From the NCBI GenBank assembly GCA_046328475.1, contig JAXLWN010000067.1, forward strand, positions 4,263 through 36,262: 32,000 nt of DNA, in the 5' to 3' direction. Position 1 is the first letter of the stretch. Every line of letters begins with the position of its first letter. Shown piece by piece: positions 19,268 through 30,182 of the stretch. This stretch comes from Chloroflexia bacterium. GTDB taxonomy: Bacteria; Chloroflexota; Chloroflexia; Thermomicrobiales; CADCWN01. Below the pieces are notes generated by a model. The model made no database searches. It was given only the letters and a program-made list of their open reading frames with translations, and was not told the origin of the DNA. A program made the translations under genes and the position numbers.

Positions 19268-22139
19268 ATGTCTGCTGATGACGCGCGCCTGGTGCGGCGG
19301 TACTTCACGACCGAGGCGAGCACGAAGGCAAGCCGCGAGGACTCTCCTGCGGCTGCACCTGCCGATGGAGCGCATCCGCGTGCTCGATGCCAAGCCGATG
19401 GTTTTCCGCCCGCACGATATGTGGGAAGAGGGAGGCAGCGCCTACACCGGCGAGGCGGGGCTGCTGGCGGCGTTGCAGGCATCCATCCTCGCCGATCCGA
19501 ACCGGATATTCGTGGTGGTCGGCGAGCCGGGGTCGGGCAAGTCCCACCTGGCGCGCTGATCGAGCACTCGCTCGACGACGCCTCTCCCATTTCCCGATCC
19601 ACATCCTGCGCCACATCGACACCCTCGAAGCGGTCGTCAGGCGGCTGGAGGAGCGGACCGGCATCGCGACCGGTGCCAGGCCATCGTCGCACCTGCTCAC
19701 CACGCCCGCCGACAAGCTCGTGCGCTACCTGCTCGCCTCGATCGAGATGGAGTTGGGAAGCGACACCCCGGAAGGCGACCGCGACCCAGGGCTCGCGCAG
19801 CTGGTCGAGTCCGCCGCGTTCCGCGCGCTCGTGCAGGAGCAAGTCGGCCGCTATCAAGCCGAGCGCAAGCGCACGGACACCGGGTTGAAGACCCGGGAGC
19901 TTCTCGAACTGGGCGCGGCCGATTTCGCGGCACTGCGCGAGCAGATCGGGAGAAGAGCACTCTTGCGCAGGCGCAGGGGCGGTTCGAGCGCCTCGCCGCC
20001 GCCTTCGGGCTGGCCGTCCGTCGGCTGGCCAACCTCGATCGTCTCGATCTCAAGCAGCTCCTCGCTGCGATTTCCGAGCGTTGCATTGCGCTGGGCGAGC
20101 CCCGTGCTCATCCTGGAGGATGTTCCTCGACATGCTCCACGACGACCTGCTGATGGTTCCCTGCTCGACGAGTCGGCCGGGCACTTCGACGCGCTCGTCT
20201 GCTGGACGACCGGCTTCGAGAACTACATGCAGACCTACCAGGAGAGCAGCGCTACACCGCGCGCCTCTCGCTCACCGACGACCAGAACGAAGCCTACAGT
20301 CTCCAGGATGGCCGCTGCGTCGAACTCGTGCGCCGCTATCTGGATGCGGTCCGGCTCGACATCCCGGGCGGCTGCCCGGTCTGCGCGCGTGCCGGGCCGA
20401 TCTTCGACCACCTCTACCCGTTCAACGCCCCCTTCGTGCAGCGCCTCTACGACAACCTCACCACGCCCGGGCGAGAGCGGCGACGTACGCCCCGCCACCT
20501 CCTTGATCGGGCGGTGAAGGCGTACCTCGAGCTTGCCGAGCGGGATGGGGCGTTCCCGCCGCTCAAGCAACCGGACGCCGTGCAGGACATCTATTACGAC
20601 ACCGCCCTCTACCGTTATCGCGAGGAGTACGCCGCGTTCGTGGCCCTCGTCAGCTGGTACGGCGAGCGGCAGGACGGCAGCCTGCGCCTGCCCCATTCGC
20701 TGGCCCGTCACCTCGGGGTCGCGATACCGGAGGAGTTTGAGGAGGACGACCTCATCGAGATCCACCTCGCGCGCGAGGCACCCGAGCAGGACGTGGTGCG
20801 GGCGGCAACCCTGGAAGTAGATCTACAGAATCGCTTCAAATCCCTCCGGCTCGAACTACAGTCGTGGTACAACCACGGCACCCCGCTCGACCACTACCTC
20901 GATCTCCAGCGCGGCGCGTACAAGACGCTGCAGTTCTTCAGGCACCGCCTGCCGCTCACCTTTGCCCACCCGGCCGGCCCGGTCGGACTCGGGCAGCCGC
21001 TCACCTACGGGCGCAGCACAGGCGAGGTCAACATCTTCATCCGCAGCACACGCATGAAGCCGCAGCGCTCGCTGCAACTCGAAATCGGCCCCGGCGCGGC
21101 GGGCCTCGACGACGAGCAGAATTACCTCCTGCTCGAAACCCTGCTGGCGCTCCAGGTCTTCGGCAGCTATCCCGAGGACGCCGACCTTGCCCTGCTCGGG
21201 CACTGGGCCGACGCGGCCCACACGGCCTATCGCGAGCGGATCGAGCGGCGGCTCACCGAGGGCCTCGGCATGGATCTGCCGACCTTCCTCCTGCTCGCCA
21301 AGTTCCTGCTTCTCAACCGCTATCTTGCCGTCGGCCTGCCGCCGGATCCGCTGACCCTGCTTACGCCACTCGATGTCGAAATCGTGGCCGATGGCGAAGA
21401 TCCTGCACCGGTCGATTTTTCGCCGCTCCGCGCGCTTGCCGAAGTGATCGACGGCGCGCTGGTGGCGCGCTTCTTCATCGCGCGCGATTTCCTCGATTAT
21501 CCGCGACTGGCCGCCGCAATCGCTCGGCTCGACGTACCGGCGCTGGTGGAGCGGGCCGCCGCCATCGTGTTGACCCGCGTAGACGAAGACTTCCGCTTTG
21601 CAGGCGGGATACGCCTCCGCGACCTCGCGCGAGCGGTGAAGGGTGTGTGCGCCGCGCTGGGTGCCCTCGATCCGGGCGAACTCTACCGCCGCATCGCGGC
21701 GGAACTCGCGGAGGTGCAGGCCGCAACCGTGACCGCGCCGACGGCGATCGTCGAACGGATGGAGCGACTCGGCGATCGGCTCGGGCTCTACTCGCTGCAC
21801 GAACTCTACGACAGCCCGCGCTGGCGGCAGTGGCAGGCGGCGGTGTCAGACCTGCCCGATGGCGAGGCGACGGATGCCTCGGAGTTGCGCAAGGCGATTG
21901 CGTCGCTCCTCCAGCCGCCCGCCGACCCGTACGGCTATTTCGCCTGGCTCGGTCGGATCCGGCAGATTCAGCGCCGCCCCACCTATCGCACGCTGCGGGC
22001 GGCGCTGGACCTGCTGGCGCGACTGGAACCCGAGCTGAACAGCGCCGAAGACACAGGGATGGGTGAAATGCTCCGTGATGTCCTTGGGCGACGCGACGCG
22101 CTGCTGCGCGCGAGCAAGCCGCTACGGAGGGCGCGATGA
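19268..22139 (+). CDS. DpdH-like large P-loop ATPase (~950 aa), frameshifts near 19290-20280
   Basis: FVVVGEPGSGKSHLAR (Walker A, codons 19521-19544), LPMERIRVLDAKPMVFRPHDMWEEGGSAYTGEAGLLAAL, HFPIHILRHIDTLEAVVRRLEERTGI, long 603-aa continuation to TGA 22139. DpdH assignment rests on size, P-loop and context. Confidence 0.55.
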
Positions 22140-22495
22140 ACCTTGTCGAGCGGATCGACGCGACGATCGCGGCGATCGATCGCCTGCACGAGCAGCGGCA
22201 CCGGCCGCACATCGCCGCCTACTGTCGCCGGATCGGCCGGTTGCTCGACGCCGCAACCGCGGCCCTTGACCACCTCACCGCATCGTCGGCTGAGTCGGGC
22301 AACCAGTCCGCTGAAGCGCACTATCACGAACTCGGGCGCTGGGCGAGCCGGGTCGCGGCGCAGATCGACGAAGCCGCCCTCGTCCGGTGCGACCCGAGGA
22401 TCGAGCAATCGCTCGGCGACTTGGTGATGATGCTGCGCGCGGCGGTGCGGGCGCAGCAGCGGCAGGCACCGCACGCGGAATCATCCCCCGGGTGA
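22136..22495 (+). CDS. Small uncharacterised protein (119 aa), translationally coupled (ATGA) to the upstream ATPase gene
   Basis: ORF starts at ATG overlapping the previous TGA. MNLVERIDATIAAIDRLHEQRHRPHIAAYCRRIGRLLDAATAALDHL..., predicted all-helical. Confidence 0.6.
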   Translation: MNLVERIDATIAAIDRLHEQRHRPHIAAYCRRIGRLLDAATAALDHLTASSAESGNQSAEAHYHELGRWASRVAAQIDEAALVRCDPRIEQSLGDLVMMLRAAVRAQQRQAPHAESSPG

Positions 22496-22527
22496 GTCGA
22501 CGCCAACGGGCCAGTCGGCACCGCCTT

Positions 22528-24810
22528 TCAGCGGACTCGGCCAGACAGTTGCGCGCCGAGCGAACGAAGGCGCGAACCGGCGCGCAGGATCTCGTCCAGC
22601 CAGGCATAGCGCGGCGCGCTCGGATCGAGCGGGGAGGTACGCCCGCTGCCGATGAGAATCACCTGGTGCTGCGCACGCGTCACGGCGACGTAGAAGATAC
22701 GCATCGCCTCCTCAACGCTCGATCTGGTGGCGTCGGCGAGGTTCTGGTTGAACGAGGCCGACCGCGTCTCCCGCTGGTCGCGCAGGGGCAGGCGGACGTC
22801 GAGGCCGTAACCGGGGGTGATCAGGAAGTTCGGCGGGTTGTATTCGCGCTTCAGCGGTGCCTGGATCTCCGGGATGATGACGATCGGGAACTGGAGCCCC
22901 TTCGCGCGGTGGATCGTCATGATGCGGATGTAGGGCACCGGCCCGGCCTCGGCCGTTCCCGGCAGTTCCGCGTCCTCCTCCTGCTGCCCGCTGAGGATGT
23001 TCGCCTGGAGGCGGCCGACGAACTGGCGCAGGGTGAGCGCCTGCTCGTTGCGAAACATGCTGCGCGCCAGTTCGCGCAACTTCTCCAGGTTCTCCAGGGC
23101 CTGGCGGTCGCCCGCAGCTATGTAATACTCGCGAATCGAGAAGGCGTCATAAAGCCGCGCGAGCAATTGTGGGACGGTGTCGCTGCGGACAGCCTGGCGG
23201 AGGCTATCCAGCGTCGCGGCGCGCTGCGGGGCGTTGTGGTCGAACCAATCGGTGAGTGGGGCACCGTGGAGCGCGCCGTATTGCAGAATGTACTGCTCCT
23301 GCATACTGGCATCGATATCTCGCAGATACGGGGTGCGCAGCGCCTGCGACAGGATCATGTCGTCGCGCGGCAGGAGGATGAGTCGCAGCAGGTGATAGGT
23401 CGCGGCGATCTCGTGACGGTGGTAGAAGCGGCCCCACGAATCTTCGCGGACGACGACCCTCGGCTCCGTGTCGGCGAAGTGCCGCTCAGGCCATGTACAT
23501 AGTGGCGCAGGTCATGATTCGTCCGCACCAGTATCGTTATGTCGCCCTGCGCCACCAGACGAGTCCTCGCCTCCCCATCCGCGCGTCAGGGATCATCGAT
23601 CCGCTGTCGCAGCAGCCAGCGGATGGCATCGGCGGTCTTGGCGATGCGCGCGTCGCGATCGTTGGTCTCCGCCGCCGCGTAAATCAATGGCGGAGTGCGG
23701 TTGTGGGCTCGATTGTGCCCTCCGACGCTTCGAGCGGGTCGCCGAGGTCGGGATACCGGGCGCTCATTGCCTGGAACAGGCCATTCTGTAGATCGAGGAT
23801 TGCGCGTCGGGCGGCGCAGACGTTGAGCGGCAGGATCGCCACCGCGTTCTGCTCGGCCAGATCCGCGAGGGCGTGGAGACGGCGGCGCGGAAGCCGTAGA
23901 TCGACTGCTTTCGGTCGCCCACGACGAGCAGCCCGGCGAGGTGATCGCGGTGGGCGTCGAGGATGCGCTTCTGGGTGCGATCGGTATCCTGGAACTCGTC
24001 GATGAAGAAGATAGCGCCAGCGCAGGCCAGCGCCGTAGCACCGCCGCGCCGCCCGTCCAGCGACGAGATCGGCCGTGCGGCCGAGCAAGTCGTCGCTATC
24101 GAAGCGCTGCTCGTCGTCCTTCCGCGCGGTGTAGGCGGCGTTCGCCCGCGCGACGAGGTCAGCGAGCGCGACCCGGTGGAGCTTGCCGTCATCGTCGGGC
24201 TGGGCGCGCGTCTCCGCCAGCACGATCGCCGGATCAGGCCGCGCTGCCGAATGTTGTCGAGGATCGCGCCGATTATGTGCGCGGCGTGGTGGTCGTCCCA
24301 GTCCAGGTCGGGCGAGAAGAGGAGCGCGTCCGGTCCCGCCAGGCTCGCTTCGGTCGTATCGGCCAGTGTCTCGGTGAACAGGGAGCGCGCCATCGAGATA
24401 TCGGCGGTGTGGGCCACGCGCTCGCCGTAGCCATAGGTCTTGAGGACGTGCGCGCAGTAGCTGTGGATCGTGCCGATGTGGGCACCGGCGAGGCGTTCCT
24501 GTTGGCGTTGCCAGAGGCGACGCCCCGCGTCGTCGCCCTCCCGCTCCGCGCGTCGGCTGCGGTCGGCGAGCGCTCGCTCGATCCGCTCCCGCAGTTCGTC
24601 CGCCGCCTTGTTGGTGAAGGTGATCAGCACAAATTGGTTGACCGTCGCCAGCCCCCGCTCGATTAGATCGAGGACCGTCGCTACCATCGTGTAGGTCTTC
24701 CCCGATCCCGCGCCCGCGCTCACGACGGTGACCGGATGCTCGCGCACATGGTCGACGATCGCCGCCTGCTGCGGCGTCACCGGAACGCCGCCACGCATCT
24801 CCGCAGTCAC
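22528..24810 (-). CDS. UvrD/AddA-like superfamily 1 helicase without C-terminal nuclease domain, frameshifted internally
   Basis: GTG start at 24810 after GAGGAGG. VTVVSAGAGSGKTYTM (Walker A), FVLITFTNKAADELRERIE (Ia), FFIDEFQDTDRTQKRI (Walker B), IRIMTIHRAKGLQFPIVIIPE (V), AMRIFYVAVTRAQHQVILIG (VI), then stop ~30 aa later. Confidence 0.88.
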
Positions 24811-24820
24811 GATCCCCTCC

Positions 24821-27568
24821 TCACGGTTCGAGCCCCAGGCAATCCGCGCGCACCGGGCAGAAATGGCAGTGATCGCCCGGGTTCTTCGGGTAGTCGCCAG
24901 CCTCGATCTCGTGAATACGGCTTGCGAGTTCTGCGCTGAACGCCTCGTACTCCTGCCGCGCCTCCTCGCCCAGCGCATCCTGCCGCCCGCGCAGCGCGTC
25001 GTGCCGGTATGCCAGGCGTATCCCGCGATCCCACCACCGCCAGGCGTGATAGCGCACGCCATAGAGGCTAACGTTCCCAAGCTGGATTGTTGGCGGGTCG
25101 TTGTCACGCGGCATCGACGCCGGCAGTAGCCATTCCTCGAACCGGCGATCCTCAAGGAAGGGATAGGTGATGTTGCCCCTGCGGATGGCGTGCCGCACGC
25201 TCGCATCGACAGCGATCGCGCGCTGACCCTCCACGATCGTGTATCCGACCTGGCCGGCTGGCCCGACGCTGATTTGATACTCACCGCCCCACTCTGCCAG
25301 GTAGGCAAGCTCGCTCGCGACTCGGCGCGCCACGGTCTACCACTCCACGTCGCGCAATCCCGGAAACGCGGCACGCGCCTGTTCTTCCGTCGCGCCCCGC
25401 ACATCCTGGAGCATCGCCAGGACTTCGTCCCGCCCTCTGGCCCACAGGCCGGTCTCCGCCAGGTGTTGCATGATGAGGCCGAGCCAGCGGCCCTGGGCCA
25501 GGGGCCGGATCTGGAACCGCTGGCGATACTGGCGAGCGCGACGATCGAGGCCCTCCATCTTGTAGCGGAAAGGGCACAGGCTGAAGTGCGCGATTTCTGC
25601 CAGGCTGTATGCTCCGCGACGTGCCTGCGCCAGCGAGGCGCGTTGCCCCACAGCCCCGGCTGGGAGGGCGGCTGGCGCGGGCGGCGGTGCGATCCTCAGA
25701 CCGAGCCGGGCCGCCGTTTCCTGCAGGTAGGGGGACGGCCCGCAGGCGCGGTCCTGGTCCAGCTGTGCGTAGGAAAGATAGAGGCTTTCCTGCGCCGCGC
25801 GCACCACCGCCAGGGAGAGATAGCGCTCCTGATCCTGATGCTCCTCGAAGCGATCCTCCCAGAATGGCCAGGGCTCGGCGTACCCGCGCGGCACCCGCCG
25901 GTCGTCGACGCCGATGAAGAGGACGTGCCGCTTGGTATAGCCGTCGATCCCCTCGGGGGTCGTCACCCAGACGCGGCCGGGAATGTCGGGCAGGGGCTCC
26001 TCCTCATCCGCCGGGCGGTCATATTCGCGCACGAGGCTGTTCAGGACGTCGCCGAACTCGTCGGGCGACATCGGCAAGGAGGTCTGCACCCGCAATTGCT
26101 CCAGGCTCTCCCTGATCCGCTCGACGATCTGGCGCTCATCGGCGAAGAGTTGCTCCGGCACCAGTCGGCTCAACTCATCGAGCAGGCGCTCGACGTGCCC
26201 CCCGATCGAGTGCGTGCCGCTGGCGAAGAGGCGGTCGCACAGGGTGCGCACTTGCTGCAACGCACGCTCCCAGAGATCGATCGACCGCTCCTCCACCGAG
26301 GCGGCGGCGTGCCGCGAATTGGTCGGCAAGGCCCGGCGGAGGGTGCGGAGATCGCCGAGCGTGCGCCGCCAGTCGGCCTCGGACAGACAGCGGGCGAAGA
26401 ACTGCGCCTTGACCGCGTCGAACTGATCCACGGTCGTCTGCAGCAGGGCACCGAGCCAGCCCGAGGCGACGATCGCCTCGAACGCTTCCGCCCCCATCCG
26501 CAACGCACCTTCGCGGCGGATTTCATAGAGCGTCAGGACGAACCGGCCCAATGGCGTCAGTAGCAGCAGGCGGGGCGGGATGCTCAGCGTCACCGGCAGC
26601 TGCTGTAGCCGGGCTTCCTCCTCCAGCAAAGGCTGCGCGGCGGCGACATCGCGCACGACGATGGCGATATCGCGGGGGTCCGCCCCTTGCTCCAGCAGCG
26701 CGCGCACCCGCGCGATGCAGGCGGCCACCTCCTGGTGCCGGTGCGTGAACGCGGCCAAGACCACCCGGTCGTCGGCGATCGGCACGGGTGTCGCCGCATC
26801 TGCGAAGAGGACTCCTTGCAGCGTGGCGAGGCTGCCACTCCCGGCCGGGGACGTCTGCACGGCGCGCGTCGCCCCGACCGCGTAGGAGGCGTAGGTGCGG
26901 CGCATGATCGCGAACCCCTCCCCCTGCGCGTCGTTGCGGGCGTAGACGAGATGCACGATGGCATTCCGCGCGCGGCAGACGTCGATGAAGTGCCGCTGGA
27001 GCGTGGTCAGGAACGTGAAACCTTCCACGATGACATGGGCGGTGGGACGGTAGGTCAGGTCGAGAAAATCGCGCGCGGCATCCTCGAACGGTCGCCGACC
27101 GTGCGCCGCCTGTTCGGCGCGGTACTCCCGCTGCAATGCCGCGAGCACATCGCCAATCCCCGGATTGAGCAAACGATTCCGCCATTGTTCGGAGATGCCG
27201 CGCGCGAAGTCTGCCCCTTGCTCGGCGAGGTCCGCGAGCGCGTCGCGCCAGGCGAAGACATCCTGGCGGAGCAGGCGCGAGAGCATTGGATCGGCCGCAG
27301 CACGGCGGATAGCGCGCTGGAGGGCGATTCGCTCCTCGGCGCGGGTCAGCGGGTGCTCGGTCATCAGGTGGCGCAGCACCTTGTGGAAGACCAGTTGCGG
27401 CTGGTCGTCCGCGAGTTGGTGCGGCGGTGCCAGTTCGGCCCGCTGTCGCTCCTGCGCGGTCGTCGCCACGATCAAGGTATATTCCTGCCCGATCAGGCCG
27501 AGTTCCGCCAGGAGGGATCGCGGCTCAAGCGGGGCACCTGTGTAGCAGAGTGTCCTCACCGACCCCAT
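24821..27568 (-). CDS. PD-(D/E)XK nuclease superfamily / AddB-RexB-like protein with Fe-S-type cysteines, one frameshift near 25335
   Basis: ATG at 27568. YSLAEIAHFSLCPFRYKMEGL ... (frameshift) ... GDHCHFCPVRADCLGLEP, a C-(n)-CxxC-(5)-C pattern as in AddB/Cas4. Also RVWVTTPEGIDGYTKRHVLFIGVDDRRVPRGYAEPWPFWED (AddB-like inactive helicase region). No Walker A at the N-terminus. Confidence 0.8.
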
Positions 27569-27644
27569 CTCGATCCCCCCGCTTCGCCCGCTTGCGCTCT
27601 CGCCATGCTTCCCGATGCCTTTCGCAGCGCACATGCGCACCCAA

Positions 27645-29072
27645 CTACTCGTCAGATTCCCCCGTACGCTCGCGATAGAACTCCTCAACCGCGCGGATCA
27701 GGCTCGTCGATCCGGCCCCGGCCGCTTCGCAGACCTCCAGTGCGTCGCCGCGCGCGTCGAAACCCGAGCGCGCGGCCTGGAGCGCGTAGAAGACTTCGTG
27801 GCTCTCCTGGTCCGGAACGTGGATGACCAGATCGACCGGGACAGTACCATTTGCCTTTTGGAGCGACACCCGCTGGCGCATGAGCGCGCCGTCGAACCGC
27901 TCATCGAACGGCTCAACCTCGCGCCGACCATCCTTTGGCAAGCCGTAGTCGCGTGCCAGCACGTCGAAGGCTCGCCTCCTGGTCGCGGCGGTGCCGCCGA
28001 TGAGGCAGATCGTTTGGTCGCGCAAGTCGATGCCGGGTTCGGGCAGGGCGACCGCCCTGCCCTGGGCCACGTCCGGGATCAGCGCCCGCAAGCGTTCGGG
28101 ATCGAGGCTGTCCAGCAGCAGCACAGCCTGGCGCAGGTGGCGCGGCGACTGCCGCCGCAGCTCCTGGTGCAAGAATTCGGCGCAGACACCGGCGGCGCGT
28201 TCCCGCACGGGTGCGGAGGCCATTTCGAACTGTTCGAGCAGGGCCAGCCGATCGCCATCGTCGCGACAAAGACGCAGGCAGTCGTCGAAGTAGTGGCCGA
28301 GCAGTGGCGCAAACTCGTCGGCACGCGCGTGGAACCGAGCAGCGCGGATCGCCAGCGCGGGGAGCTCATCTTCGGGCGCACCTTCCGGGGCGAGGTCGAG
28401 CGTCCAGCGCGCCAGTTCGCACACCCTGGCGGTTGGGCGTTGGCGGTCCACCGCGCCGAGATAGCGGCACATGACCTGGTAGGCCCGCTCGATCGCCTGC
28501 GGTAGCTCGGACTGATAGAGGCGTTCGGATAGCTGCACGGCAAGGCCATCGTCCTGCGGATTGGCGCGGGCGATGGCGTCGAATACCACGATCGCCTCCT
28601 CGTCCGACAGCCTGGCGATACCGTCTGCGTGCAGCCGACGCGCGATCGGGAGGTCGTCGGGATCGGCGCGCAGGATCGCCAGCAGATTCGGGCGCGCTGC
28701 GTCGCGAAGATTGGCATCTCCCGTGTCCCAACGCCCAAGCGCCACGGCCCGGACGATTTCCGGCCGCGCGAGGATTTCCGGCGCTTCGCCCGCGACACGG
28801 TCGGCGATCGCCGCCGCCGCCGCGTAGTCTTCGCCTCGGGCGAGCGCGACGAGCAGGCGCTCGAAGAGTCGGCGGCGATCGGCGGGAGCGAGCGCATCAC
28901 CCGCTTCGTCCAGCAGTCGATGGTCGAGGGCAGCGCTCTCGGCATCGCGCCCTAATCCTGCCAGCGCCTCGGCTCGCAGGTAGTCGAGCTGGATCCTCTC
29001 GGCGTGCTGAACCTCCGGCGGCAGCAATCGAGTTGCCGCAAGGCGTCGTAGCGCCGGGCAACAGCTCATCAC
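27645..29072 (-). CDS. TPR-like alpha-helical repeat protein with C-terminal DUF2325-like domain (475 aa)
   Basis: Helical repeats through ~350 aa, then TICLIGGTAATRRRAFDVLARDYG...VPVDLVIHVPDQESHEVFYALQAARSGFDARGDALEVCEAAGAGSTSLIRAVEEFY. Confidence 0.55.
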   Translation of the reverse strand: MMSCCPALRRLAATRLLPPEVQHAERIQLDYLRAEALAGLGRDAESAALDHRLLDEAGDALAPADRRRLFERLLVALARGEDYAAAAAIADRVAGEAPEILARPEIVRAVALGRWDTGDANLRDAARPNLLAILRADPDDLPIARRLHADGIARLSDEEAIVVFDAIARANPQDDGLAVQLSERLYQSELPQAIERAYQVMCRYLGAVDRQRPTARVCELARWTLDLAPEGAPEDELPALAIRAARFHARADEFAPLLGHYFDDCLRLCRDDGDRLALLEQFEMASAPVRERAAGVCAEFLHQELRRQSPRHLRQAVLLLDSLDPERLRALIPDVAQGRAVALPEPGIDLRDQTICLIGGTAATRRRAFDVLARDYGLPKDGRREVEPFDERFDGALMRQRVSLQKANGTVPVDLVIHVPDQESHEVFYALQAARSGFDARGDALEVCEAAGAGSTSLIRAVEEFYRERTGESDE

Positions 29073-30178
29073 GCACCGAATCGAGGGCGAGCGAGGGGAT
29101 CGCCACTGCGACGGGCGGGAGCAACCGGGGCCGTGAGGAGCGCGCGGCGCTCCTGAAGCTGGGCCAGTTCGTCCGGCTCCACGAAGGGGAGCAGCGCGTC
29201 GATGAGCGACACGAGCGACTCGGCGGTTCCCTGGGGCGGATCCTGCGCGATCTGGAGCAAACCTGCGGTGACCAGCTGATCCTTGAGGCGAACCCGCCGG
29301 CGTTGCTCGTCGGCGGATCCGAGCGACAGGGCATCCGGCTGGAGCAGGCGCGTGAGTGCGCGCAGCCCCTCCACGCGCCGCCCTTGCGCCCAGTAGCCAC
29401 GCGCGAGCAATTCCAACCGCGCGACATCCTGCGCCGTCGCCGCCAACGCGGGCGGTTCGTCGCCAAGCAAGGCGACCGCCTCATCCGGGTTGCCGAGGGC
29501 GAGCAATGCCTCGGCGAGTTGGAACGCGCTCTCGGCATCGGCGAGGGCGGCGGCATACTCTCGCGCGAGCGCGATTGCGTCCTCCCAATGGCGTTGCGCC
29601 ACGGCGAGTCGCAGCAGGAATGGTGCGAGCGCAGCGGGAGCGATTTCCTCGCGCTGATAGGTTGCCAGGAGCCGCTGCGCGCCGCGAAAGTCGCCGCTGC
29701 TGATCCGCTGCGTCAGGAGGTTGGCATCGAACGCCATCCTGCGCTCGGCCCGCCGCTGCGGGGGATAGGCGCTGAATACCTGGGCCACATCGCGCTGCCA
29801 GGCCTGGATGTCGGCGCGCCACACGGGAATGCCTTGAGGCGCGGGGAGACCACCCTGCCGGGTTGGCACGGGCGACGCGGATGACGCGGGCGGCGCAGGC
29901 GAGGCGGCTGGCCGCAGCTCGTCCAGTTCCTGCCGGACGATCGCCAGAATGTGGTCGCGGTCGGCGGGTGTGGCGGGGCCGCGCCCGATGACGTCGAGGT
30001 AGTTCCCATAGCGATACGACCGTCCGTTGTGCCACGGGTTCGTGAAATGTCCACCCGAGATGCCCGCCGCCCGCAGGGCGCGACGTATTCGCTGCAAGTC
30101 GCCGAAGTCGACATCCAGGCAGAGGACCGCCTTGCCCCGGGAGTACCGCACGTCCGGCGCAGCCTGGTGTGAACTCAC
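29069..30178 (-). CDS. Uncharacterised protein with a small N-terminal domain and TPR-like repeats (369 aa)
   Basis: GTG start at 30178. KAVLCLDVDFGDLQRIRRALRAAGISGGHFTNPWHNGRSYRYGNYLDVIG..., Pro/Ala linker, then helical repeats (AIALAREYAAALADAESAFQLAEALLALGNPDEAVALL). Overlaps the next gene by 4 nt. Confidence 0.6.
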   Translation of the reverse strand: MSSHQAAPDVRYSRGKAVLCLDVDFGDLQRIRRALRAAGISGGHFTNPWHNGRSYRYGNYLDVIGRGPATPADRDHILAIVRQELDELRPAASPAPPASSASPVPTRQGGLPAPQGIPVWRADIQAWQRDVAQVFSAYPPQRRAERRMAFDANLLTQRISSGDFRGAQRLLATYQREEIAPAALAPFLLRLAVAQRHWEDAIALAREYAAALADAESAFQLAEALLALGNPDEAVALLGDEPPALAATAQDVARLELLARGYWAQGRRVEGLRALTRLLQPDALSLGSADEQRRRVRLKDQLVTAGLLQIAQDPPQGTAESLVSLIDALLPFVEPDELAQLQERRALLTAPVAPARRSGDPLARPRFGA

Positions 30179-30182
30179 GCGC

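Noticed and set aside
18085-19857. 590-aa minus-strand ORF
   Set aside because: Mirror-frame artefact opposite dpdA, dpdG-like and dpdH-like genes. No conserved motif, while the plus-strand frames give convincing protein motifs.
25190-26563. 457-aa plus-strand ORF opposite the AddB-like gene
   Set aside because: Antisense artefact. The minus strand carries coherent AddB-like sequence.
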